From an uncultured Bacillales bacterium (GTDB taxonomy: Bacteria > Bacillota_I > Bacilli_A > RF39 > UBA660): a stretch of 64,000 nt of DNA. Positions 9,696-18,008 of this stretch are shown here, in pieces. The first letter of the stretch is position 1. Each line of letters opens with the position of its first letter. Location of the stretch: contig CANOBK010000006.1 in NCBI GenBank assembly GCA_947564265.1, positions 40,648 to 104,647 of the forward strand, in the 5' to 3' direction. The position numbers and the translations under genes were made by a program. Under the pieces are notes generated by a model. The model had not been told where the DNA came from. It saw only the letters and a list, made by a program, of their open reading frames with translations, and did no database searches.

Positions 9696-10745
9696 TTATC
9701 CATTTGATTCATTTTCTTCCTTTTCTAATAAGGCTTTATGTAAAAGAATGACTGGCTGTACTCTACTATTTACTGTTGTTAAGTTGACTCCAGCTTTCAT
9801 ATTGGTAATCTCATACCTACCATTCGTTAGAGAATATAATAAGAATGGTTCTGTTCCTAAGCTTGGGATAGTTGGTAAAAATGTTCGATATTCATTCATA
9901 TCTAATGGTCGGATTTGAAGGATACTAATATCAAAATTTTTTCCTAAATCTGCTACCATTCTTTCACGATATTTCTCCATTATACTAGATAATTCTTTTG
10001 CTGTTTCCAAAGGACAATTCTGTTCTGTCTGACATTCAGCATTTATGTACGAATAGGAAGAATTTAATAAGAGTTTCAAATAAGCATTGGTTGAACTGCT
10101 ATTTTCCATTACTAAAAATGAATCCTCTCCTATTATGATTTCTTGCCCCTGTTGATAAGAAAGATAAGTATCTTCCATTTCTTCTAATACAACCTTTCCA
10201 TGATAATGATCTTTTACCGTAGCTGGCGTATCTTCACTTAACCAGATTCTAAGTTCATGAATTTCACTATTTCCAGGTAAAATCATTTCTGTACTTTCAT
10301 ACAAAACATAACCAGTACTTTCGATTTCTTTTAAACTTTTTGGTTCTAAATTGTCAAATTGGAAACGAATATAGTCGGTATATAGTTGCCGATCAATACA
10401 ACCGTCTTCATTCACCATAGCATCATCTTCCACTAAGCGAATTCGATATTTATAGGCACCACCAGAAACATTGGTAATACTAAACCGATATCCATCTTGT
10501 TCTCTCGCCTTCAAATCTGAAATAGGTTGCACATTAACTAAGGATAAAACATCTCCATTTCCCATTCCACGATCTACATAACTAAGTTCTAAATTACTGG
10601 TACCAAAATAATTAAATTCTGCTGTTTTGGACACTTGATTATTTAGGGCATAACTACTACCAAAAAAACAACACGTCAAAAGTAATGCACCCATAATAAT
10701 GATCCAAAATTCTTGTTTGGTATGTTTTCCAATCATTCGTTTCAC
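9696..10745 (-). CDS. Hypothetical secreted/membrane-anchored protein
   Basis: 349 aa; N-terminal signal-like segment (FWIIIMGALLLTCCFFGSSYA); directly downstream of the repeat surface-protein gene. Confidence 0.6.
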   Translation of the reverse strand: MKRMIGKHTKQEFWIIIMGALLLTCCFFGSSYALNNQVSKTAEFNYFGTSNLELSYVDRGMGNGDVLSLVNVQPISDLKAREQDGYRFSITNVSGGAYKYRIRLVEDDAMVNEDGCIDRQLYTDYIRFQFDNLEPKSLKEIESTGYVLYESTEMILPGNSEIHELRIWLSEDTPATVKDHYHGKVVLEEMEDTYLSYQQGQEIIIGEDSFLVMENSSSTNAYLKLLLNSSYSYINAECQTEQNCPLETAKELSSIMEKYRERMVADLGKNFDISILQIRPLDMNEYRTFLPTIPSLGTEPFLLYSLTNGRYEITNMKAGVNLTTVNSRVQPVILLHKALLEKEENESNG

Positions 10746-10828
10746 CCTCCTATTTTATTATAACACGCATAGAATAAAAATTTATCAAGAATTTACCAAA
10801 AAAAGAAGAACCTATAGTCCTTCTAAAA

Positions 10829-13800
10829 TTATAATTCTACGATTAACTCTCCTTTTACTACATTAGAATTAGAAGATTTTGTAGCAATCAATTCATCGAC
10901 TAAGCTGGAAGATTCCGCCGTATAATTAATGATAATTTTGGCACTCGCATCTGTTGCCGTACGTAAGAACATTTGCGTATAAGTAGTAATCTCACTAGCG
11001 TCCATATTGATTGTAGTTACCAGTTTTTCATTTCTATAGAACATATTTGAAGTATTGGTTACCTTTACAAAACTAAAACTACTTAAATCTACACTTTCTA
11101 ACACGTCACAGTGATAAAACATTTGATTCATATTTGTCACATTAGAAGTATTAAAATTACTTACATTTAAATTTGTAATAGCTACACATCCTTGAAACAT
11201 AGATCGCATTGTTTTTGCTTTTGAAGTAATAAAACTACTTAAATCTAACTCTGTTAAACTACTACAATTACAAAACATAAAACTCATATCTCTTACATTC
11301 TTTGTATCAAAGTTACTAACATTTAAATTTGTTAAGCCACTACAATTATAAAACATAGATATCATTGTTGTTACCTTTGGAGTAGTAAAACTACTTAGAT
11401 TTAACACAGTTAAACTACTACATCCATAGAACATATTACTCATATCGGTAACATTCTGGGTATCAAAGTTGCTCACATCTAAACTTGCTAATTTACTACA
11501 ATTATTGAATAAACCAAACATATCTGTGACATTTGAGGTATCAAAATGACTTACATCTAAAGTACTAATTCCTGAACAACCTTGGAATGTAGATTTTAGA
11601 TTCGTTACTTTTGGAGTATAGAATCCGCTTACGTCTAAGCTCGTCAATTTATTACAGTTATAGAACATGTAACCCATATCTGTTACATTTTGCATATCAA
11701 AACTATTTACGATCAAGCTTGTCAAAGAAGTACATTCCATAAACATTTGCCTCATATCTTCTACTTTTCCAGTACTAAAATTGCTTAAGTCTAAACTATT
11801 AAGATTCATACAATTGTCAAACATGGATCGCATTGTTGTTACATTCGATGTATCAAAATGACTCACATTTAAATTTTCTAAAGAACTACAAAAACCAAAC
11901 ATACCTGCCATATTAGTAACTACTGACGTATCAAAATTACTGATATCTAAACTTGACAAGGAATTACATTCCATAAACATTTGATTCATATCGAGCACTT
12001 TTTCAGTACGAAAGTTACTTAAATCCAAGCTTGTTAAAGAAGAACAATGGTGAAACATATAACTCATATCTGTGACATTTGAAGTATCAAAGTTTTTTAT
12101 ATCCAAATTGGTAAATGAACTACAACTAGTAAACATATTCCGCATATTTGTTACCTTTGCCGTCACAAAATTACTTAAATCTAACTCGGTTAATGAACTA
12201 CATTCCTCAAACATAAATGCCATATCCTCTACATTCGATGTATCAAAACTGCTAACATTTAGGTTTTGAAGTGATGTACAATGATCAAACATTGCATACA
12301 TATTTCTTACTTTTGATGTATCAAAATAACTTAAATCTAAGCTTATTAACGATTTACAACCGTCGAACATACTACGCATATTATTTACATTAGAAGTATC
12401 AAAATATTCTAATCCTTCAATGGTTTCTAGCTTACTAAAATTTTGGAATAAATATCTACTATTAGAATTCGCAACGATTCTTCCATCGCCTTGAATATAA
12501 GCGGTATAAGTATCTGAGGAACCATCATTTAAAACAAGTCTTCCCATAACACTACCATCTTGTGCATCTGATATATCCCAAGACTCTTGGGTGTTTAGCG
12601 GCTCATTCATATAATCCTGAAATACAATTTTTGTAATGGAATCTTTATACTTCCATAATTCTTTATTATAATCAGAGTCTACTGATTGTAAAAGTCGTAG
12701 TGGTCTAACATATATTTCTCCATTCATCGATTTGGCTAGTGTCAGTTTACTCCATTCTGCACGTAATAGAACATCATGCTCTGGCATTTGAAAAGAATTA
12801 TCATTCATTTGATAGGTATCTTTGGTTACAATTTTCCATCCTAGAAATTGATATCCTTTGCAACTTAGTTCTGTATCACTAATTTCTACGGTTTCATATA
12901 CCATTCTTTGTGTAGCCTCTGGAACATTATCTACCGTACAACTACTTGGAACATTTCCCTCATAACTTACCTGGTAATAGCTTTTCAAAATTGGAGTCTC
13001 CGTACTTGTAAATGTCTCTTCTACATCTTTTATTTTATAATTAATATTTTCTTCTTTATTTGTGGGGTAATAACCATCCTGATTTTGATATACTTTCTTT
13101 AAATTCACATCAATTGTTAAACTTGGCTTAGTTCCTGAAATTAGATTTTCTATTTTCCAAAAAACTTTTTTTTCTCCATTTTCCTCGATTAATTCGACAT
13201 CTCCTATCGAGGGGTTGATATTAGATACAGAGTCAATATCAAAATATTCACTATCTATAACATCTGTTAATACAAATTTATCATAAGTTACTGATACAAC
13301 AGAAGCTTCTAACAGTACTTCGTATAACGTTTGTTTATCCGAAAAGAATTGATGATCACTAATTTTCCTAATCGGATCTAAGATTGTTTCTCCCATTTCG
13401 TATTGAATTGCGTGTACTGTTAAATAGGGATATTTTTCCTTTAAGTAGGAATATTCCGTTACTTCATTTGGAACATCACTGGATGGATAACCATCTGTTA
13501 GAAATAAAACAATGCAATCCTTTTCTTCGTCTTTTTGATAGTCATTCAGTAAATTATCAACATTTACTAATGCTTGATAATAGCTCGTCCCATTACTGAT
13601 TGTTAAGGCATTTATCTTATCCGCAAGTTCTTCTTTATTATTTGTGAATTCAGAAACTATTTGAGAAGTAGATGCAAAGGTAATTAAAGCAACTTGGTCA
13701 TTTTGTTCTAATAATAAGTCATCTAATAAACGGATCGCATCTTGTTTTACCTGATCAAATGAGTTACTCCTCATAGAACTAGACGTATCTAAAACTAAAA

Positions 13801-14068
13801 TGACATCTCTATAGAGATTATTAGTCTGTCTGATAGTATCGATATCAAAGGTAATTCTTGCCTTGTTTTTTGCAATCCATTCCGCACTTTTATCTACATG
13901 AATACTTCCTGGTTCTTTAGAATTGTAATTTAATTCTTGTGAGTTAAACGATACTGTTCGAATAGGTTCCATTAATGCATATGAATTTAAAAATACTCCT
14001 AATAGCATCAATATCATTCCAAATACTAGTATTGAAATAGTAACTAATTTAAAGTTAAATTTTTTCAT
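10829..14068 (-). CDS. Large surface protein: N-terminal signal/anchor, VWA domain, Listeria-Bacteroides (Flg_new)-like repeat and BspA/DUF285-type 26-residue leucine-rich repeats
   Basis: VWA MIDAS motif VLDTSSSM and FLTDG; YQVSYEGN..GYQFLGWK; 17 full repeats of consensus MFxxCSSLTxLDxSNFDTSNVTDMxx. ATG at 14068 preferred over GTG at 14077 (AGGAG SD). Confidence 0.88.
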   Translation of the reverse strand: MKKFNFKLVTISILVFGMILMLLGVFLNSYALMEPIRTVSFNSQELNYNSKEPGSIHVDKSAEWIAKNKARITFDIDTIRQTNNLYRDVILVLDTSSSMRSNSFDQVKQDAIRLLDDLLLEQNDQVALITFASTSQIVSEFTNNKEELADKINALTISNGTSYYQALVNVDNLLNDYQKDEEKDCIVLFLTDGYPSSDVPNEVTEYSYLKEKYPYLTVHAIQYEMGETILDPIRKISDHQFFSDKQTLYEVLLEASVVSVTYDKFVLTDVIDSEYFDIDSVSNINPSIGDVELIEENGEKKVFWKIENLISGTKPSLTIDVNLKKVYQNQDGYYPTNKEENINYKIKDVEETFTSTETPILKSYYQVSYEGNVPSSCTVDNVPEATQRMVYETVEISDTELSCKGYQFLGWKIVTKDTYQMNDNSFQMPEHDVLLRAEWSKLTLAKSMNGEIYVRPLRLLQSVDSDYNKELWKYKDSITKIVFQDYMNEPLNTQESWDISDAQDGSVMGRLVLNDGSSDTYTAYIQGDGRIVANSNSRYLFQNFSKLETIEGLEYFDTSNVNNMRSMFDGCKSLISLDLSYFDTSKVRNMYAMFDHCTSLQNLNVSSFDTSNVEDMAFMFEECSSLTELDLSNFVTAKVTNMRNMFTSCSSFTNLDIKNFDTSNVTDMSYMFHHCSSLTSLDLSNFRTEKVLDMNQMFMECNSLSSLDISNFDTSVVTNMAGMFGFCSSLENLNVSHFDTSNVTTMRSMFDNCMNLNSLDLSNFSTGKVEDMRQMFMECTSLTSLIVNSFDMQNVTDMGYMFYNCNKLTSLDVSGFYTPKVTNLKSTFQGCSGISTLDVSHFDTSNVTDMFGLFNNCSKLASLDVSNFDTQNVTDMSNMFYGCSSLTVLNLSSFTTPKVTTMISMFYNCSGLTNLNVSNFDTKNVRDMSFMFCNCSSLTELDLSSFITSKAKTMRSMFQGCVAITNLNVSNFNTSNVTNMNQMFYHCDVLESVDLSSFSFVKVTNTSNMFYRNEKLVTTINMDASEITTYTQMFLRTATDASAKIIINYTAESSSLVDELIATKSSNSNVVKGELIVEL
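10990..12460 (-). repeat. Degenerate 78-bp (26-aa) tandem coding repeats
   Basis: 17 consecutive 26-residue units counted in the translation, from MFDGCKSLIS.. to MFYHCDVLES..; boundaries approximate. Confidence 0.85.
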
Positions 14069-14094
14069 AGGCCACAACTCCTATCTTATTTACA

Positions 14095-14123
14095 ATTATA
14101 CCCCCCCCCCAGGCTTTTTGCAA
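14095..14123 (-). promoter_or_regulatory. Sigma-A promoter with a G10 homopolymer in the -35/-10 spacer
   Basis: Minus strand TTGCAA (14123-14118), then AAAGCCT + GGGGGGGGGG (17 bp, 14117-14101), then TATAAT (14100-14095). Confidence 0.85.
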
Positions 14124-14176
14124 GCATTAAGTAACCAATAGTAAACAAAAAGTAAATTTTTTTAAGCTTATACAAC

Positions 14177-14208
14177 AAAAAATAGTATACTTTTACGTAT
14201 ACTATTTT
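14177..14208 (-). terminator. Rho-independent terminator after the 3D-domain gene
   Basis: Perfect inverted repeat aatagtatac (14181-14190) / gtatactatt (14197-14206) flanked by A/T runs. Confidence 0.7.
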
Positions 14209-14227
14209 GATAGAAGTCAAAATGGGA

Positions 14228-14950
14228 TTAGTATCCCATTCTTAAGACTTCAATTGTCGTATTATATTTTACTCCTGCTTGATTAGCAGCAGCTTCACTT
14301 TCAGTTAATAAATCTAAGAAATATTTTTTTCCTTGTCCAATCGCACCACCACGGTCTAATACAATCGCAATGATTGGTGAACTAGAGGCATTCGATAATC
14401 TTAGAATTGTTCCAAATGGATATTCATTCCCTGCCGCTACAATACGAACGCTTCCATAGGTCGAATCTGTATAATAAATTCTTCCATCACTAATGTCATA
14501 TCCTGTAGCTGTCTTTCCTGATGTACATCCATAACAATCATGACCATAATGACTTACATTTCCATTCGTTGTCGCAAGGACAGGTAAATTGGCTGTATCT
14601 ATTGTTTGCGTATAAGCATAGCTTGGTTGTTTGATTTCTGGAACTGGTGTAACTTCAGGTGTAGCACTTGGTGCAACTTCTTCGGTAGATGGTACTATTA
14701 ATTCTTGTTCTTCCTCCTCTTCTTTTGTATTTACTTCTAACATTCCATCTAACTTTTCATTTTCTACCTGACATACATATTGTTGTTTTTGCGATAATAA
14801 TACGCTATTTAACTCTTTTGTAACATTGGCATTTAAAACATTTCTATCGAACGTTTCAACGCTAAATCCAGTTGTTACATACACAAATGCTATCAACATT
14901 ACAATATAGATACATACTGCTCTGAAAGTATAATTATAAATTTTTTTCAT
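14228..14950 (-). CDS. 3D-domain (MltA/RlpA-like double-psi barrel) cell-wall protein
   Basis: N-terminal TM helix, Glu/Pro linker, C-terminal HYG.DCYGC.SG.TATG..IVAA..YPFGT..VLDRGGAI..LDLL. Confidence 0.8.
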   Translation of the reverse strand: MKKIYNYTFRAVCIYIVMLIAFVYVTTGFSVETFDRNVLNANVTKELNSVLLSQKQQYVCQVENEKLDGMLEVNTKEEEEEQELIVPSTEEVAPSATPEVTPVPEIKQPSYAYTQTIDTANLPVLATTNGNVSHYGHDCYGCTSGKTATGYDISDGRIYYTDSTYGSVRIVAAGNEYPFGTILRLSNASSSPIIAIVLDRGGAIGQGKKYFLDLLTESEAAANQAGVKYNTTIEVLRMGY

Positions 14951-15178
14951 AATTCCTCTCTTTCGAACATATCCAGTATATCAAATCCTAGTCATTTTGT
15001 AAACTCCCCTAGGATTGATAACCTATTATATTCTATGAAAGAAGTTAGCAAAGCTTGCCTTTTTTCCTTATATTTAATGGATTTTAGGATTTAAATAGGC
15101 ATCAATCTATCTAATATCTTTTGGAAATTATTACCAAAAAAAACTAAGTTTTATTAATAATAAACCTAGTTCTTATGA

Positions 15179-15730
15179 TTACATATAATTATCAGCTTTT
15201 ACTTCCATGAAACTTTGTGGATGCTTACATACTGGGCATACATCAAGGGCATCTTTTCCAATATAAACATGACCACAGTTTCTACAAATCCACATTTTTT
15301 CTCCATCTTTATGGAATACTCTATCATCTTTAAGATTCTGTAATAGTCTTAAATATCTTTCTTCATGTTCTTTTTCAATCTTTCCCACTGCTTCAAATAA
15401 GTAAGCAAGCTCATTAAATCCCTCTTTTTTCGCTGTTTCAGCAAACTGCTTATACATATCTGTCCATTCATAGTTCTCACCCTCAGCAGCAGCTTTTAAG
15501 TTTTCTTCTGTTGTAGGAATCTTTCCACCATTTAGATATTTAAACCATAATTTTGCATGCTCTTTTTCGTTATTTGCTGTTTCTTCAAAAATAGCAGCAA
15601 CTTGCTCATATCCATCTTTCTTTGCTTGAGATGCGAAATAAGTATATTTATTTCTAGCTTGGCTTTCTCCTGCAAACGCAGTCATTAAGTTTTGTTCTGT
15701 TTCAGAACCTTTTAATTTTTCATAATCCAT
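15179..15730 (-). CDS. rbr: Rubrerythrin
   Basis: [34 protein letters not shown] and a C-terminal rubredoxin-like WICRNCG..CPVCKHP. Confidence 0.96.
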   Translation of the reverse strand: MDYEKLKGSETEQNLMTAFAGESQARNKYTYFASQAKKDGYEQVAAIFEETANNEKEHAKLWFKYLNGGKIPTTEENLKAAAEGENYEWTDMYKQFAETAKKEGFNELAYLFEAVGKIEKEHEERYLRLLQNLKDDRVFHKDGEKMWICRNCGHVYIGKDALDVCPVCKHPQSFMEVKADNYM

Positions 15731-15752
15731 ACTGTTTTACCTTCTTTCTATC

Positions 15753-15813
15753 AATGATTATTTTACTAATCATTATCAATGTTTATTATAGGGGGAATCA
15801 TCCCTTTTTTCAA
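15753..15813 (-). promoter_or_regulatory. rbr promoter followed by a Fur/PerR-like operator
   Basis: TTGAAA (15813-15808), 17 bp, TATAAT (15790-15785). Downstream TGATAATGATTAGTA (15778-15764) resembles the Fur 7-1-7 box TGATAATnATTATCA; a perfect aatgatta-N6-taatcatt inverted repeat lies at 15753-15774. Confidence 0.55.
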
Positions 15814-15857
15814 GATGTTTTTTTATTTTTGAAAAGGATTTACACTTCCCCGTTTAT

Positions 15858-16427
15858 TTATACGTCTTTCCTCTGATAAAACCTTTTTACATAAGGTCTT
15901 CGATCAATATAATGATTTAAATCAGGACCTGTTCCTAACATCGTAATAGGATAATTTAATTCACTTTCTAACCAATTTAGATATTCTCTTAGATATCGAT
16001 TTAATTCTATTCCTTCGTCACCAATGCCTGAATAGAATCCACTTTCTTGAAAAAAATCCCAATCAAGCTGCTCAAAAAAATTCAAATACAACTCTACTGG
16101 TTCATTATCTTCTATACTTTCTTTTAATAGATTGATATCAATAGGAAAAATTCTCCTCAGTTTCTCTGTCACGCTCGTTAATTCGTTTAGTGTAGGAGCA
16201 GACGGCAAATATTCTAAAATCATATCCTCATCAACCGCCTGGGCTGGATATCCTAGATAGGCACCAACATTAATTTGATCCCAATCAAGTTCTATAGAAT
16301 CTCCGTAGTCTCCACTATAAATATAAGATCCATCATAAATTTCATTGCTAATTCGAATTGGGTAAGGGCGAAATACCATGATTGTCTTTTTTAATCTACT
16401 AGGGGAGATTTTACTATCAGATAACAT
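15858..16427 (-). CDS. C-terminal half of a PurZ-like adenylosuccinate-synthetase-family protein
   Basis: FRPYPIRI, SGDY..ELDWDQI, ELTSVTEKLRRIF, EPVELYLNFFEQL, ITMLGTGPD. In frame with 16428..17030 and separated from it only by TAA. Confidence 0.8.
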   Translation of the reverse strand: MLSDSKISPSRLKKTIMVFRPYPIRISNEIYDGSYIYSGDYGDSIELDWDQINVGAYLGYPAQAVDEDMILEYLPSAPTLNELTSVTEKLRRIFPIDINLLKESIEDNEPVELYLNFFEQLDWDFFQESGFYSGIGDEGIELNRYLREYLNWLESELNYPITMLGTGPDLNHYIDRRPYVKRFYQRKDV

Positions 16428-17030
16428 TTAAGCTACCGAAACAATCCTGGAAGTTACATTCGGATGAGTATTGACATTATTTAAAGACAAATTGCATCCT
16501 TGAGAACCCTCAACTAAAACTTTTTCAGAACTGTTTAATACATCATGAAATTTTCGGTGATAGTTGGGATCTGCCTTGATATTTTTATATTCTTTGAAAA
16601 ATTTTAAATTTGGGTCTCTCATAATCTTTTCAGATAGACAGGGAGCACATCCTTTAAAGGTAGTACCTGTTTTAATTCTTCTCTTTTCTTCTTCGATATG
16701 TCTTGACTCAATGAGTGGAACTAGCGGGTGAACAATAATTTCTCTTCCTTCTAAAATATCTTTATTTTCCTCATACTCCTGTTCCAAAACATTCATATCA
16801 ATGATAGAACCAGGTCCAATAAAAAGCTTCGTTCTTGGATTTACTGCCGAAACCGGAATATTACGAAATAATCTTCTTCTTCCATTTTGTTCAAATGTAT
16901 GACCCGCATTTGGCATGCAATTGGAAACGGCTGCATCTACATCTTCATGAATCGCAAATTGTCCAATTACTTTTCCCTTTCCACAACTCCCTGCTTGTCC
17001 ATCAATAATCGCATAAACATTTTCCTTCAA
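16428..17030 (-). CDS. N-terminal half of a PurZ-like adenylosuccinate-synthetase-family protein
   Basis: IDGQAGSCGKGK, MPNAGHT, IGPGSII, GTTFKG, EKIMRD, VLVEGSQGCNLSLN, PNVTSR. TTG start with AGGAGG SD. Confidence 0.85.
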   Translation of the reverse strand: MKENVYAIIDGQAGSCGKGKVIGQFAIHEDVDAAVSNCMPNAGHTFEQNGRRRLFRNIPVSAVNPRTKLFIGPGSIIDMNVLEQEYEENKDILEGREIIVHPLVPLIESRHIEEEKRRIKTGTTFKGCAPCLSEKIMRDPNLKFFKEYKNIKADPNYHRKFHDVLNSSEKVLVEGSQGCNLSLNNVNTHPNVTSRIVSVA

Positions 17031-17049
17031 CCAAAATCCCTCCTATTTC

Positions 17050-17946
17050 TTATTTTAAATCATTAATTACTCCATGAATCAAATTTAAATCAGATGGGAT
17101 AATCCATTTGATATTTCCTTTTTTAAATAAGGTTAGCGGAATAATTGCCCCTGCTCTCGCTCCATCCATCCATTTTGGATTTTGTGGCATTAGTTTGTAT
17201 AATTCTTCTAATGTAACCTCATAAAAAACACGTTCTGTTCCAGAAATATAATCTTCTAAAGATACCATATACTTATGAACACCATCATCAAACAAAGTAT
17301 TTGGAACTAGATTAAAATCTGTTAATAATTCAAAGCGTTCCTCTCCTCCCGTAAATATAGCACAATCATAATCTTGATCGAGTACTAAATCTGAAAGTTT
17401 TTCTTCGACAAAAGAATCCATTTCTTCTACTGTATTTCCACTTTTTGGGAGATTGACCTTCTCAAAGTTATTTAATAAATCGGCAACTCCTACCTTTAAA
17501 TTTTTTGTATCTACTATTTTAGAACCTACAAAAGTAACAAGTTCTGTTGTCTTTCCACCCATATTAATAATTAATACTTTTTTGCCGTTATAATCTTTTT
17601 GCATCGCTTTTCCTAAGTAATAGTTTTCAATTCCATGACTAATAATATTAAAATATAAATCAAATTTATCATTAAATAATTTTACTAGTTCTATTTTTCT
17701 TTCATAGTTTAATTCACGGAAAATTCCAGTTACATAAATATGTGTATTCTCATACAAAAAATGATATTTTTCTTTTAATTCAGAAAAGTAATCACAAAGT
17801 TCTTTTAAATTCTCTTTGCTAATTCCCTTCTCTTTATCAAATCCATTTTTAAAGTAAATAGAATGCTCCTCCAATAATTTTAAATCGTTTTCATATTCAT
17901 AAACTTTAATTGTCGATGAACCTAAATCAATATAATATTCTTTCAT
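17050..17946 (-). CDS. Ppx/GppA-like ASKHA-fold phosphatase (catalytic domain only)
   Basis: YIDLGSSTIK (phosphate-1), VTGIFR, ISHGIENYY (conserved Glu), INMGGKTTE (phosphate-2, D to N). 298 aa, no C-terminal HD domain. 19 bp upstream of the PurZ-like gene. Confidence 0.75.
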   Translation of the reverse strand: MKEYYIDLGSSTIKVYEYENDLKLLEEHSIYFKNGFDKEKGISKENLKELCDYFSELKEKYHFLYENTHIYVTGIFRELNYERKIELVKLFNDKFDLYFNIISHGIENYYLGKAMQKDYNGKKVLIINMGGKTTELVTFVGSKIVDTKNLKVGVADLLNNFEKVNLPKSGNTVEEMDSFVEEKLSDLVLDQDYDCAIFTGGEERFELLTDFNLVPNTLFDDGVHKYMVSLEDYISGTERVFYEVTLEELYKLMPQNPKWMDGARAGAIIPLTLFKKGNIKWIIPSDLNLIHGVINDLK

Positions 17947-17950
17947 AACT

Positions 17951-17973
17951 GCCTCCTTAATTTGATTGTAGCA
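17951..17973 (-). promoter_or_regulatory. Extended -10 promoter and SD of the Ppx-like/PurZ-like operon
   Basis: Minus strand TGcTACAAT (17973-17965) followed by AAGGAGG (17958-17952). Confidence 0.55.
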
Positions 17974-18008
17974 TAAAAAAGAAAAAGATAGTATATAAAT
18001 TAAGAAAT

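Larger units (their letters stand above)
15858..17030 (-). pseudogene. PurZ/PurA-family gene with one internal in-frame TAA (codon 201 of 391)
   Basis: ...GTA GCT TAA ATG TTA... with both halves in one frame. Either a point-mutation pseudogene, a base-call error or a functional split gene. Confidence 0.55.

Noticed and set aside
10990-12460. Regularly spaced repeats as a possible CRISPR array
   Set aside because: They are degenerate 78-bp in-frame coding repeats with no constant repeat/unique spacer pattern and no cas genes.
14221-14240. Perfect hairpin aatgggat-tagt-atcccatt over the 3D-gene stop codon
   Set aside because: It is short and has no clear function; the real terminator lies at 14177-14208.
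15791-15795. G5 run in the rbr promoter spacer as a second phase-variable tract
   Set aside because: Five bases is too short for frequent slippage.
16428-16430. Stop-codon reassignment or selenocysteine/pyrrolysine readthrough explaining the internal stop
   Set aside because: The codon is TAA, which terminates many genes in this window, and all other genes translate cleanly with the standard code.
15858-17030. Ordinary housekeeping purA
   Set aside because: It lacks the PurA catalytic Asp (GSCGKG rather than GDEGKG) and the TKLD motif, is paired with a phosphatase rather than purine genes, and has PurZ-like motifs. Phylogeny is still needed.
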